A stretch of DNA of 64,000 nucleotides from an archaeon (GTDB lineage: Archaea > Iainarchaeota > Iainarchaeia > Iainarchaeales > JAAZKV01). Below, piece by piece: positions 39,337 to 49,307 of this stretch; position 1 is the stretch's first letter, and every line of letters begins with the position of its first letter. Under the pieces are notes generated by a model that had not been told where the DNA came from, ran no database searches, and saw nothing but the letters and a program-made list of their open reading frames with translations. The translations under genes and the position numbers were made by a program. The stretch is from positions 156,355 to 220,354 of the forward strand of contig JBAZUY010000001.1 of assembly GCA_041661245.1 (NCBI GenBank), in the 5' to 3' direction.

Positions 39337-40071
39337 TTAAGCAGGAGTACTAACTTCCCAAAGAATTTTGTAAACCGCTCGCATAGAAGCAACTACTTCT
39401 TTGTTTTCAATCAAAATTGCCCCTGGCTGTTCCCCGACAGTGAAGAAACCCATTTTGTCCCCATAAATAAAAATAGTTGCTTTGAAAGTTGTAAGATTGA
39501 ATAAATAACGCACATTTCTTTTTCTTTCAGGTTCTGATTTATCATAAATTTTAGGAGTACTTTTTGAAGTAAAAATAACATTATGCCAAAATCCTTTCTC
39601 CACTCTTTTTGCAATAAAGTTTTGGATAAATAACTCTTTGAATAATTGCCCAAAAATATCATAATCAATAACAAAAAAAGTATCCTTTCCAACTACAAGC
39701 ATATCATCCCAAATACTTTTGATTCCCTTCATCCCAACAAAGGTCTTAACATTAAGAGAAGTTTTTGCCCCAATTGCAAGTTCTGCAAATTCAGGCATTG
39801 CGGCGGCTAAAAGTTTTTTCTTATTCTCAATCATTTGGAGCAAGACTTTTGGTTCAACCGCATGAAACACTTTAATGTTATCTGTTGTAGACTCAGCAAT
39901 TATTCCCCTCGCCATCATTTTATCCAAAATGTCATAAACGCTTTGACGTAAGATGTTTGTTTTCTTTGAAACTTCCGCAGCAGTGGCATGTCCAGTTTTT
40001 AGTAGTATTAAATAAATCTCAGCCTCCTTATTTGACAGACCAAATTCTTCGAGCACTTCCTTTAGTTCCAT
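39337..40071 (-). CDS. TrmB-family transcriptional regulator
   Basis: FGLSNKEAEIY...RQSVYDILDKM; start moved to ATG 40071 (MELKEV). Confidence 0.88.
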   Translation of the reverse strand: MELKEVLEEFGLSNKEAEIYLILLKTGHATAAEVSKKTNILRQSVYDILDKMMARGIIAESTTDNIKVFHAVEPKVLLQMIENKKKLLAAAMPEFAELAIGAKTSLNVKTFVGMKGIKSIWDDMLVVGKDTFFVIDYDIFGQLFKELFIQNFIAKRVEKGFWHNVIFTSKSTPKIYDKSEPERKRNVRYLFNLTTFKATIFIYGDKMGFFTVGEQPGAILIENKEVVASMRAVYKILWEVSTPA

Positions 40072-40114
40072 ATTATTATTACTAGGGAGAATGTAATTTA
40101 TATTCTTATGCATG

Positions 40115-40135
40115 TGTCGCAATATTCCTACGACA
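40115..40135. promoter_or_regulatory. Palindromic operator candidate between TrmB gene and solute-binding protein gene
   Basis: TGTCG-N11-CGACA. Confidence 0.5.
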
Positions 40136-40183
40136 ATAACATAAGTACCACTTCCAAAGGGAGTTACTTTGGTGAGCACGAAT

Positions 40184-41254
40184 ATGAATGTAAAGACCAC
40201 AGTAATAGGAGTAATAGCATTAGTAGTGATATCGCTTCTTTTTTTAGCGATTTCACCAAACGCAACAGGTAACTTTGGAGTAACAGCTAGTAATGAGGAG
40301 AACATTAAGATTGGAGCAGTACTTGCTCTTAGTGGACCATCAACAATTTGGGGAGAAAGTGTTCGTAATGGAATGGAACTAGCCCTACTTGACCACCCAA
40401 ACCTGACTGTAGACTATGAAGATAGTAAAGGAACAGCGGCGGATGGAATAAGCGCATATCAAAAATTAAAACTTGAAGAACCAGACATATACGTGAGTGC
40501 ATTAAGTATAGTAAGTGTTCCACTTTCAACACTTGCAAAAGAAGATAAGAAAGTAATGATAATCACTCAAAGTGCAGCAAACAATATCACAAACGAATAC
40601 GCATTTAGATATTATACGGATGCAAATCATTTCGCAACACCATCATTTGAATCAGAAAACACTCCTCTTATGAATGTTAAGAAGATAGCAGTAGTATTTA
40701 GAAATGACGAATATGCAAAATCAGTTGCAGCAAAAATAAAAGAACTAAGCACAGAACAAGGAAAAGAAATTGTTTTCATGGAATCCTACACTCCTAACGA
40801 AACAGATTTCTCAACAATACTTGCTAAAGCAAAAGCAACAAACCCCGAAGCATTATTGTTTGTACCAACTCCTCCAAGCGAATCGTTAGCAATTTTAAAG
40901 AAAGTTAACGAAATGGATTTCAATATACCAATAGTAGAAGTATCAAACGTTCAATCAGACCCAGAGACACAAGCAAAAGCACCAAAAATGACTTTCTATA
41001 CAAACGAATTTGCTTTCTCAATCCCTGGAAACAATGAAGAGTTCAAAACAAAATATAAAGCAAAATTTGGGAAAGAACCAAACTTTGTTGCAGCATTTGG
41101 GTACGATATAATCAACTTGATTGCAAGTTGCCCAAAAGATAAAATGAAAGAATGCTTAGAAAACAAAAACGAAGTAAGCGGAGTAACTGGTGTCGCAAAA
41201 GATATTACAAACAACGACATAGTGCTCCCAATGTTTTTGGAAAGAGTGAACTAG
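40184..41254 (+). CDS. Branched-chain amino acid-type ABC substrate-binding protein
   Basis: IKIGAVLALSG, YEDSKG, TDFSTILAK, AAFGYD; ATG 40184 after GGTGA. Confidence 0.88.
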   Translation: MNVKTTVIGVIALVVISLLFLAISPNATGNFGVTASNEENIKIGAVLALSGPSTIWGESVRNGMELALLDHPNLTVDYEDSKGTAADGISAYQKLKLEEPDIYVSALSIVSVPLSTLAKEDKKVMIITQSAANNITNEYAFRYYTDANHFATPSFESENTPLMNVKKIAVVFRNDEYAKSVAAKIKELSTEQGKEIVFMESYTPNETDFSTILAKAKATNPEALLFVPTPPSESLAILKKVNEMDFNIPIVEVSNVQSDPETQAKAPKMTFYTNEFAFSIPGNNEEFKTKYKAKFGKEPNFVAAFGYDIINLIASCPKDKMKECLENKNEVSGVTGVAKDITNNDIVLPMFLERVN

Positions 41255-41268
41255 AAACTAATTAATTA

Positions 41269-41302
41269 AGTACTATCGCTAATGCGATAGTACTATTTTT
41301 TT
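41269..41302 (+). terminator. 11-bp stem hairpin plus T-tract between convergent genes
   Basis: AGTACTATCGC-TAAT-GCGATAGTACT-ATTTTTTT. Confidence 0.7.
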
Positions 41303-41337
41303 ATTTAACCAAAATGCACAAAGATAGTTACTTGGAT

Positions 41338-44082
41338 TTATCCAGCGTACTGTAGACTGTTAGATTGGATGATTTTCTTTCTTTTAATTTCCAATATTCC
41401 TTGAATAGATTTCTTTGCCTCAAAAAATAGTGGCAACAATAGTGAAACACCAACAACAACCAACCAATCAGTGGAATTTAACGGAGTTGTACCCATTACT
41501 TCATTCATAAATGGTATGTGAACAACAATTATTAGTAAAAGCAAAGAAATTATCCCAGACACAAGCAAAGGCTTGTTTGATAATATTCCCGTATAAAGAA
41601 GGGGCTTTTTTGACCGAGCATTAAATGCAGAGAATATTTGGAATAAAACTATTACTGAAAACGCCATTGTTCTTGCATGAACTAAATCCTTTGAAAAATA
41701 CATTAAATCAACAAAAAATACAATTATTGTCCAAAATGCAATTATTGTGGATGTCCAAATAATAAAACTCATTACTTCTGTTGAAAGAATTGGCTCTTTA
41801 GGGTTTCTGGGTTTTTCCTTCATTACCGAATCCTCTTCTTTTTCCATGCCCAAAGTTATTACGCAAGCACTATCCGTCACAAGATTAATCCAAAGTATTT
41901 GAATAGGGATTAAGACTAATGGCAATGCTTCAGGCCGGAATAGTACGCTAAATAAAATAAAAAATAAAATTAATACTTCACTTAAATTAGTCCCAATCAA
42001 ATACGAAATAACTTTTTTGATATTGTTATAAGATATTCTTCCTTCTTTTACTGCCACTGCAATTGTGGAAAAGTTATCATCCTTTAGTATTAAATCACTT
42101 GATTCTTTTGTTACCTCTGTTCCGCTTTTTCCCATAGCAATTCCCACATCTGCTTTTTTTATTGCTAAAGCATCGTTGATTCCGTCCCCAGTCATGGCAA
42201 CAACATGCCCCTTTTTTTGCAATGCTTCAACGATTCGCATTTTGTGCATTGAAGAAGTTCGGGCAAAAATAGTGGCATGGTCAAGTGCAATAGAAAGTTC
42301 TTTGTCATTCATTTCATCTAGTTGATCCCCAGTAAAAGAAAGCGAATTTTTATCCATTAAACCCAAGTAAGTTGCAATACTTTCAGCAGTTGTTTTATGA
42401 TCCCCAGTAATCATCATTATTCTAATTCCTGCTTCTTTACATTCTTTTATACTCGCTTTCACTTCTTCCCTTGGAGGATCAATCATTCCAACTAAACCCA
42501 AGAAAGTTAAATCCATAATTTCTTTTTGAGAAACCTCTTTCACACTTTTCGTTGCCAAACCAAGAACTCGCATTGCAGAAGAAGCCATTTTTCTATTCTC
42601 TTCAAGGAATTGTTTTCTTATTCCTGCGGTTAATTCCACTTTTTTCCCATTAACAAAAGCATACTTGCATAAAGCCAACAACTTTTCCGGCGCACCTTTC
42701 GCGTGAGCAATAATTTCTTTTCCTTCTTTGTTGAACGTAACCATGTATTTTTTTTCTTGATCAAACTCAAACTCTGCAACCCGAGGAGAAGAATCTTCAA
42801 GTTCATCTTTGATGTACCCTGCTTTTTCAGCCAAAACAAGTAAAGCCGCTTCTGTTGGATCCCCAATTATTGAAGTGTCTCCTTCTTTCTTTTCAAGCGC
42901 GGCATTATTGCATAAAACTGCAGTTTTAAATAAAGAAAGTAAGTGTTTTTCTTTATGCACACTTGTAACTTCTCCCCCAACCAAGAAATTTCCTTGAGTG
43001 GAATAACCATCCCCAGTAACCTCAATAATGTCTTCATTAAAATAAATTTGTTTAACAGTCATTTCATTTTTCGTTAAAGTACCGGTTTTATCTGTACAAA
43101 TAACAGTTACATTTCCCAAAGTTTCAACAGCAGGTAATTTTCTCACAATTGCATTTCTCTTAGCCATACTAGTTACTCCGATAGCAAGTACAACAGTAAC
43201 AACAATAGGCAATCCTTCAGGGATAAATGAAACAGCTTGAGCAATAGAAAGTTTTATTGTTTGAGCCAAAGTTAGATTCAAAAAAAGCTGACCTGCAACT
43301 AGGACTATTATTACTCCCAGTATAACTAATACTCCAATGTTTTTCATAAAAACATCAAGTTTTATTTGCAAAGGCGCAGCCTCATCCTTAGTTTCGGATA
43401 ACATTCCTGCAATTTGCCCGATTTGAGTATTTTGCCCAGTTGCAACAACAATAGCTTTTGCTTTACCCCCAGTAACAATTGTATCCTTAAATAACATATT
43501 TTTCATTGAACCAATAAGAGTTTTTTCTGGCAAAATTTCTACAGTTTTCTTTGAAGGAACACTCTCCCCTGTGAGCATGGATTCATCAATCATCAAATTT
43601 GATTCGTGAATTATTCTTGCATCAGCCGAAACTTTGTCCCCCACTTCAAGAAGAATAACATCTCCCGGAACAACTTCTTTTGCAGGAATAACTAACTGTT
43701 TTCCCCCCCTAATTAATCTTGCACTTGTTGCGGAGAGTTTTTTCATTGCAGCAAGAGCTTTTTCTGCTTTAAACTCTTGAAACGCACCAATAATAGCATT
43801 AACAAGTAAAACAAATCCAATTACTGCCGCATCAACATATTCTCCGGTAAAAATCGAGAACAAAATAGCAACTAATAAGGCGGCAACTAAAATACTTTTG
43901 AATTGCCTGAAAAAAACTTCTACAATAGAAGTTTGTTTTGTTTCTTTGATTTCGTTAGGACCAAATTCAATTAACTTCTTTTCAGCAGACTCAATAGACA
44001 AACCAATTGTTGAACTTGAACCAAGTGATTTTTCAATGCTTACAAGCGGCAAATGATGCCAAGCAGTAACCATTTTTTCCAT
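41338..44082 (-). CDS. P-type cation (Ca2+-type, P2A-like) ATPase
   Basis: LTGES, IPEGLP, DKTGT, KGAPE, TGDGINDA, QILWINLVTD. Confidence 0.93.
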   Translation of the reverse strand: MEKMVTAWHHLPLVSIEKSLGSSSTIGLSIESAEKKLIEFGPNEIKETKQTSIVEVFFRQFKSILVAALLVAILFSIFTGEYVDAAVIGFVLLVNAIIGAFQEFKAEKALAAMKKLSATSARLIRGGKQLVIPAKEVVPGDVILLEVGDKVSADARIIHESNLMIDESMLTGESVPSKKTVEILPEKTLIGSMKNMLFKDTIVTGGKAKAIVVATGQNTQIGQIAGMLSETKDEAAPLQIKLDVFMKNIGVLVILGVIIVLVAGQLFLNLTLAQTIKLSIAQAVSFIPEGLPIVVTVVLAIGVTSMAKRNAIVRKLPAVETLGNVTVICTDKTGTLTKNEMTVKQIYFNEDIIEVTGDGYSTQGNFLVGGEVTSVHKEKHLLSLFKTAVLCNNAALEKKEGDTSIIGDPTEAALLVLAEKAGYIKDELEDSSPRVAEFEFDQEKKYMVTFNKEGKEIIAHAKGAPEKLLALCKYAFVNGKKVELTAGIRKQFLEENRKMASSAMRVLGLATKSVKEVSQKEIMDLTFLGLVGMIDPPREEVKASIKECKEAGIRIMMITGDHKTTAESIATYLGLMDKNSLSFTGDQLDEMNDKELSIALDHATIFARTSSMHKMRIVEALQKKGHVVAMTGDGINDALAIKKADVGIAMGKSGTEVTKESSDLILKDDNFSTIAVAVKEGRISYNNIKKVISYLIGTNLSEVLILFFILFSVLFRPEALPLVLIPIQILWINLVTDSACVITLGMEKEEDSVMKEKPRNPKEPILSTEVMSFIIWTSTIIAFWTIIVFFVDLMYFSKDLVHARTMAFSVIVLFQIFSAFNARSKKPLLYTGILSNKPLLVSGIISLLLLIIVVHIPFMNEVMGTTPLNSTDWLVVVGVSLLLPLFFEAKKSIQGILEIKRKKIIQSNSLQYAG

Positions 44083-44257
44083 TATAAAACAAGAACTTTA
44101 ATTAATATAAAGACTTGGGTAATTAGATTTTAAAAAACTAACAAACAAAATACACGCAAGAACACTTAATTTTGATTGGGTTTCTTGGACTCAAAGTAAC
44201 TATACTTTATTCTATTGCCCAAACAGAGATATTGAACAAGTACGCAAGGAAAATATT

Positions 44258-44680
44258 TTAGAAAATAATAAACCTTTTTTTACTATTCTTCTTTTTTATA
44301 AAATCCGCATATTCTTTATCAAAAGTAAGCAAATGATGATCTAACCAATCTTCTAAAAAATCAACAACATCCCTAAGCTTTACTTTTCCAACTAAAACTC
44401 CATCATATAACAAGTTCGTTTTTTCGAGCAATTTTAAGTGCTCTATACTGTGTTCTAATATTTTATTATAATTAATGGATTTGAGAAACTTTTCTTCAGT
44501 ATCGAAATGCTTTCTGGCATAAGCTTCAAGTTCTTTAACAATATCATCTGCGCCACTATTAGGATTTTTTTGTTTTAGCAATTCATCAGCACGATCCAAC
44601 AAATCAATAAAATATTTATGCTGCTCGTCAATCTCCTTAACCCCAACAGAGTACTTTTCACTCCAAACAAACCTTCCCAT
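44258..44680 (-). CDS. Bacteriohemerythrin
   Basis: WSEKYSVGVKEIDEQH, HFDTEE, HSIEH, WLDHHLLTFD; start set at ATG 44680. Confidence 0.92.
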   Translation of the reverse strand: MGRFVWSEKYSVGVKEIDEQHKYFIDLLDRADELLKQKNPNSGADDIVKELEAYARKHFDTEEKFLKSINYNKILEHSIEHLKLLEKTNLLYDGVLVGKVKLRDVVDFLEDWLDHHLLTFDKEYADFIKKKNSKKRFIIF

Positions 44681-44836
44681 AAATATCGTACCAAAATATA
44701 GAACTTTAAGAATAAGAAGCTTACTTAAGGAACAACTGAGTGAAACTACTCTCTTCACACTTAGACAAAAAAGTCACCAAAGTTTTTTCTTTGGGATAAC
44801 CTAGCACTTTCTTTTTCGCAAAAAGAAAGGGCCGGA

Positions 44837-44920
44837 CGCAGAGGCCGAGATTCGAACTCAGGTACCCTTTCGGATAACGGGTTAGTAACCCGCCGCATTT
44901 GACCGCTCTGCCACCTCTGC
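44837..44920 (-). tRNA. tRNA-Ser-type gene with ACT anticodon
   Basis: GCAGAGG/CCTCTGC acceptor, G discriminator, long variable arm TATCCGAAAGGGTA, anticodon arm GCGGG-TTACTAA-CCCGT. Confidence 0.88.
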
Positions 44921-44940
44921 TTGAAGACTTTCCGCCCCTT

Positions 44941-45030
44941 CAGGACCAAGTGAAACTTTTGTTTCACGGGTCAAGCAAAAGCCTTACTTTTGCTTTGACG
45001 TGTGCCCCCTCGCTTCGCTCGGTGACACTG
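44941..45030. repeat. Palindrome-rich element in the tRNA-Ser leader
   Basis: GTGAAAC-TTTT-GTTTCAC, GCAAAAG-CCTTA-CTTTTGC, CTCGCTTCGCTCG. Confidence 0.5.
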
Positions 45031-45108
45031 ATTTATTACAAATTATGCATTCACAGAGAATTAAAAACTTAACCAAAAACCTAATTCAAAAAAAAAGGTA
45101 GAATTTAT

Positions 45109-45726
45109 TCAAGCAGAACCGACTTTACCAATCCACTCAAGCACATCTTTTGGAACAGTTACTTTAGTCCCGTAAGTTTTTTCAGCCCAATCAATTCCCA
45201 TTAAAGTATGTCTGATATCCTCAATAACTGCCCTTCTAATACCTGGGATTTTATCGTAGGTAGCCCTTTTTTCTCTTGTGCCCGCATGTTCAAGTAGTCT
45301 ACTTAAAAAAAAGTCAGCTACATCCTCTTTTGGAATAAGTCTTATTTGAGGAACTTTAGGATTCACGTGAATTGCTTTTCCCCCACTAAAACGCACATAA
45401 GCATCATTGAATCCACCAGGAGTACTCCCCCTCATTTGTTCTTCCCTAGCAGTCATCATAAAATAAGGAACTAAAGCAGGTTTTGGAGAATAATACTGCG
45501 AATAAGTTGCAGGGTTAATTTTCTCTCTTTTTAGGTTAAGCGCCTTAATTTTTGCTTCCAAGAGTACTCTATTTGTTTGTTCATGCATAAGTGCTGCCCT
45601 GCTTCTAATTGAGTGTCTAATCGAAGAAAACTTACTCTTTATTTTCCCAATCGTTTTACGCATAACTAATATACCCCAAAACAAGAATAAAAATCTGCCC
45701 CCTCTTTCAAAATTGAGGGCTTGCAA
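45109..45726 (-). CDS. Basic hypothetical protein (likely start 45663, MRKTIGK)
   Basis: Long ORF, Arg/Lys-rich N-terminus. Confidence 0.55.
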   Translation of the reverse strand: MQALNFERGGRFLFLFWGILVMRKTIGKIKSKFSSIRHSIRSRAALMHEQTNRVLLEAKIKALNLKREKINPATYSQYYSPKPALVPYFMMTAREEQMRGSTPGGFNDAYVRFSGGKAIHVNPKVPQIRLIPKEDVADFFLSRLLEHAGTREKRATYDKIPGIRRAVIEDIRHTLMGIDWAEKTYGTKVTVPKDVLEWIGKVGSA

Positions 45727-45784
45727 AAATAACCCAAAAAAATACCTTTATTAGAGTGTGTATTAGGTATTATTTTAGATACAC

Positions 45785-46324
45785 ATGGAAGTACTAAAAA
45801 TTAAAGGACATTCGGTAAATTTTATCCCAACAAAGGACAACTTTAACCGAAGAGCATTACAATACAAAAACAGGCTAATTTCAGCCCTAGAAAAACTAGG
45901 AACTGCCCAAGACCAAATAGACTTGGATTTGAATGGATTCTGCGGAAGAGAAGCAAAAGCAAGTGTTACTTGGTACTTTAATGGATTTAGAATGTACTAC
46001 GAATGCTCTACTCAAAAAAAGTACGTGGACAATATTTTTATTATCTCAAAAATAATTGAAAACGAAGTAGAATTAGTTTTATCAGAAACAAAGCCACTAG
46101 AAGAATTTATTGCAGAATTTAGAGAAGATGAAGATGTACACGATGAAAGAAAAGAAGCAAGAGAATTCTTTGGACTTGATGAAAAACACAAAGACATGGA
46201 AGAAATCAACAAAAAATACAAAGAACTCGCTAAATCATTACATCCTGACACTCCCACTGGGGATGTTGAAAAATTTAAGCAATTAAACCACCACCACAAG
46301 ATATTGAAAAGAGAACTTGCTTGA
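45785..46324 (+). CDS. Protein with C-terminal J-domain
   Basis: YKELAKSLHPD...GDVEKFKQLN. Confidence 0.85.
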   Translation: MEVLKIKGHSVNFIPTKDNFNRRALQYKNRLISALEKLGTAQDQIDLDLNGFCGREAKASVTWYFNGFRMYYECSTQKKYVDNIFIISKIIENEVELVLSETKPLEEFIAEFREDEDVHDERKEAREFFGLDEKHKDMEEINKKYKELAKSLHPDTPTGDVEKFKQLNHHHKILKRELA

Positions 46325-46395
46325 AATAATGCTAATTTTGCACCATCAATCAAATTAATAAAATCAAACAAACCTAATTATTCAAGTGATTATAT

Positions 46396-46581
46396 ATGCC
46401 TGGACCAGCTAGAAAACAAAGAACTCCAATATTCCAAAAACCAGTAGGGACTGAATTTTCTACGCTAGGCGAATCAAAAGCTAAAGAAGAACAAAAACAA
46501 AAAATTAACAAAATGCCTCACTTTGTTTCAAAGAAAAAAGTAATACTATTACCAGGACCAGTTGCAGAGAAAAAAGAATAA
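46396..46581 (+). CDS. Small basic hypothetical protein
   Basis: 61 aa, MPGPARKQR start, codirectional with neighbours. Confidence 0.45.
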   Translation: MPGPARKQRTPIFQKPVGTEFSTLGESKAKEEQKQKINKMPHFVSKKKVILLPGPVAEKKE

Positions 46582-46620
46582 AACAAAAAGAGTTAAAAAG
46601 AACAAAACTCAACCATTTGT

Positions 46621-47301
46621 ATGCCTAAACTTAGAAATCTTTCTTCAAGAATAATCATCGGTCTTACTGGAAGAAGTGCTGAACAAGTTATTTCCAAAAT
46701 AAAAGAAGCTGATAAACTGGGCATTAAAGAAGCAGGACTATTTTTAGAAATCGTTCCACTAAAAGAAAGGGCAAAAATCTATTCCGCACTAAAAAAATCA
46801 AAAATACAAAAAATACCCCTTGTGCACATTAGAAACGATATGGAAAAATGGGAACTTGATTACTTAGAAAATGAATACCACCCGAAATACTTAACGATAC
46901 ACGAAAACAGTTTTAAGTATTTAACAAAATGGAATGGATATCACAAAAAATTATTCTTAGAAATGAACTTTGATAACGAGATCCCAGGTTTTGTGGATGT
47001 TAACAAGATTGGCGGATTTTGCATTGACTTATCCCACTTTAAATCCGGAGAAGAAAGATGGACAAGCGACTTTGAGTATGTTATAAAAAATATGACCAAG
47101 AAAAGACCCCTTTGCAACCACTTAAATGGATACACTTGGAAGAAAAGAAAAGACATACACCGAGTAAAGAATGTCTCAGAATTTGAATACCTAAAAACCC
47201 TCCCCTCATTTGTGTTCGGAGAAAAAATAGCTCTTGAAATGTTTAACCCAATAAAACAACAACTAGAATACAAAAAACACGTTGTAAATATGCTAAACTA
47301 A
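46621..47301 (+). CDS. TIM-barrel metalloprotein (xylose isomerase/AP endonuclease 2-like), uncertain
   Basis: LFLEMN, CIDLSH, NHLNG, IALE metal-ligand pattern. Confidence 0.55.
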   Translation: MPKLRNLSSRIIIGLTGRSAEQVISKIKEADKLGIKEAGLFLEIVPLKERAKIYSALKKSKIQKIPLVHIRNDMEKWELDYLENEYHPKYLTIHENSFKYLTKWNGYHKKLFLEMNFDNEIPGFVDVNKIGGFCIDLSHFKSGEERWTSDFEYVIKNMTKKRPLCNHLNGYTWKKRKDIHRVKNVSEFEYLKTLPSFVFGEKIALEMFNPIKQQLEYKKHVVNMLN

Positions 47302-47334
47302 AGTTTAACTTTTCAAATAATTGAAAATAAACAA

Positions 47335-47874
47335 TCAAGGAAGTTTTGCTATTATCGCATTTGCAAGTTGAACTACTTTAGTTTTATTATCCTCATAACT
47401 TACCCCATCATTCACTTTTACCGAAGCAAGAACTCCTTTAGCATAAAATCCTAAAGAAGCTGATTCATCAGAAGTACTTCTTTTCTTAAACCATGCTTTT
47501 TCTCCAACACCCGTAGTTTCTTCCCCGCCCTCATTAATTGCAGCATCAGCTTGAATACTCACCGTGTCAGCAGGATAATCTTTAGAAAGCATCATAAAGA
47601 AAGCAATAATTTTTCCTTTGTCAATATTTTCAATATACGCACAAGACATAGTAGTATCCACATACTTTGATCCATAAGTATCATAGATAACATCCTTTGA
47701 TACTACTCCATTAACCATGCTTAAAGAAAAATATTCACAAGCATCCTCTGCCCAAACCTTTTCCCCTGTAGGAGTAACTGAAATTGATCCCCCAGTCGCA
47801 GTAGTTGATTGAGTACAACCAAAAAGTAATAAAACTGACAAAATTATTCCAATAAAAACAATATTCTTATTCAT
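47335..47874 (-). CDS. Putative lipoprotein
   Basis: LLLFGC lipobox-like motif, Thr/Ser linker, DACEY, GVGEKAWF. Confidence 0.7.
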   Translation of the reverse strand: MNKNIVFIGIILSVLLLFGCTQSTTATGGSISVTPTGEKVWAEDACEYFSLSMVNGVVSKDVIYDTYGSKYVDTTMSCAYIENIDKGKIIAFFMMLSKDYPADTVSIQADAAINEGGEETTGVGEKAWFKKRSTSDESASLGFYAKGVLASVKVNDGVSYEDNKTKVVQLANAIIAKLP

Positions 47875-48263
47875 TCATCCACCAATAAAACTAATGTTAT
47901 ACTTGTATTAAATACTATTGTCCTAATCAAGTCAAGAAGCCATAAATACAAATAAACTAATACGTGGAGAAAGTTACTTTCAAAAACCATTCATTGTAAT
48001 CACTGCAACAAAACCAAGTTGGAGACATGCATGAAAGTCAAATAATCATTTGCATAAGTTTAAATTTTTAGGAAACAGTATTTTATTTATGATAAAAAGA
48101 GTTCAAGCAAAAACGAGATAGAAGAAATTATTGCCGAACAAAAAAAACTTGTTGAAAATGGAATGCGAAAAGCAAAAGGAAACTAAAGCGAATTTTTTTC
48201 AGCAACAAATTCATAAAATTAGCTTTTTAATAACAAGGGCAGTATTTCTTTTAGTGTACTTAA

Positions 48264-48878
48264 ATGACTCTTAAAGAACTAGTTGATTTTTTTACAGAAA
48301 CTAATAAACTAAAGTACACAATGCGTTATAGTTCCTGCCCAAAAAAGATTCAGGATTCTTCTGCCGAACACTCCTGGCACTTAACCGTAATGATTCCTCT
48401 AATAGCTGAAGAACTCGGACTAAAAATTAACGTACTCCACGCTGTTGAAATTGCACTTGTCCATGATTTAGCTGAAAAAACATTAAAAGAAGATTTTGAT
48501 TCATTCTTAGTGGCAAGCGGAAAACTAAGCGAAACTGACAAAGACAAAGGAGAACTTGAAGAAATGAATAAACTAAGAAAAAAGTATTCTTTTGGAGAAA
48601 AGATTTATTCCCTTTGGAGAGAATATGAAGATAACAAAACTCCAGAAGCAAAGTTTGTAAAAGCAATGGACAAACTTGAAGCACACGCGCACATAATAGA
48701 AAAAGGAACATACGGCAACAACGAAGCTGGAGCAATACACCAAGTCTACTACGCAGACAAAGCAGTCAAAGACTATCCCGAACTAAAACCATTACTTAGC
48801 GAAATGAAGAAAAAACTTAGGCCAGTACTAGAAAAACAAGGATTGAAATGGAAAAAAGAATACGATTGGCCGCAGTGA
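48264..48878 (+). CDS. HD-domain phosphohydrolase (YfbR/HDDC2-like)
   Basis: AEHSW, VHDLAE, EAKFVKAMDKLE. Confidence 0.88.
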   Translation: MTLKELVDFFTETNKLKYTMRYSSCPKKIQDSSAEHSWHLTVMIPLIAEELGLKINVLHAVEIALVHDLAEKTLKEDFDSFLVASGKLSETDKDKGELEEMNKLRKKYSFGEKIYSLWREYEDNKTPEAKFVKAMDKLEAHAHIIEKGTYGNNEAGAIHQVYYADKAVKDYPELKPLLSEMKKKLRPVLEKQGLKWKKEYDWPQ

Positions 48879-48918
48879 AAGTAAATTAACTTATTTTAAA
48901 CTTACAGTTCTAACTAAC

Positions 48919-48950
48919 ACCGGCAAAACACTTACTCCAATATTTATAAA
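48919..48950 (+). promoter_or_regulatory. CCGGCAAA box plus TATA upstream of TA pair
   Basis: ACCGGCAAAACACTTACTCCAATATTTATAAA. Confidence 0.7.
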
Positions 48951-48986
48951 TTCTCAAAATAAGTTTCTTTTCAAGGAGGTATTTTT

Positions 48987-49307
48987 GTGCAAAAAGAGCA
49001 TGATTCATTATTGATTCAAAATGAATCATTTAAAAGTTCTTCGTTTCAGAGTAATAGTATGAACGTTGTCGTTAAAGGAGTTCCAAAACAAGTACTTGAA
49101 GAAATGCTTGCAAAAGGTTATGCGAGTACTCAATCAGAAGCCATTAGATTAGCTCTCTTTTGGTTTGGACAAAGCAGACTAAATTTAGACGAACTCGCAG
49201 CAAAAAAAATGGACAAACTTTATGCAGACATAAAAAGCGGCAAAAGAAAAACATACACTTTGAAGCAGATGGTACAAAAATACCCTGAATTCAAAGAGCT
49301 GATGTAA
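48987..49307 (+). CDS. RHH-type antitoxin (start GTG 48987 or ATG 49059)
   Basis: MNVVVKG...KGYASTQSEAIRLAL; abuts RelE-like gene. Confidence 0.75.
   Translation: MQKEHDSLLIQNESFKSSSFQSNSMNVVVKGVPKQVLEEMLAKGYASTQSEAIRLALFWFGQSRLNLDELAAKKMDKLYADIKSGKRKTYTLKQMVQKYPEFKELM

Noticed and set aside
40072..40305. Long N-terminal extension of the TrmB ORF (similar extensions at 20976, 44758, 56209)
   Set aside because: The extensions run through promoters or the opposite gene; downstream ATGs fit the family start.
44837..44920. Amber suppressor or pyrrolysine tRNA (loop contains CTA)
   Set aside because: With the 5-bp stem and 7-nt loop the central triplet is ACT; the body has Ser features.
44761..44967. 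68-aa ORF
   Set aside because: Overlaps the tRNA-Ser gene on the same strand; spurious.
47940..48186. Possible pseudogene remnant
   Set aside because: Coding-like composition but only short broken frames and no recognisable family.
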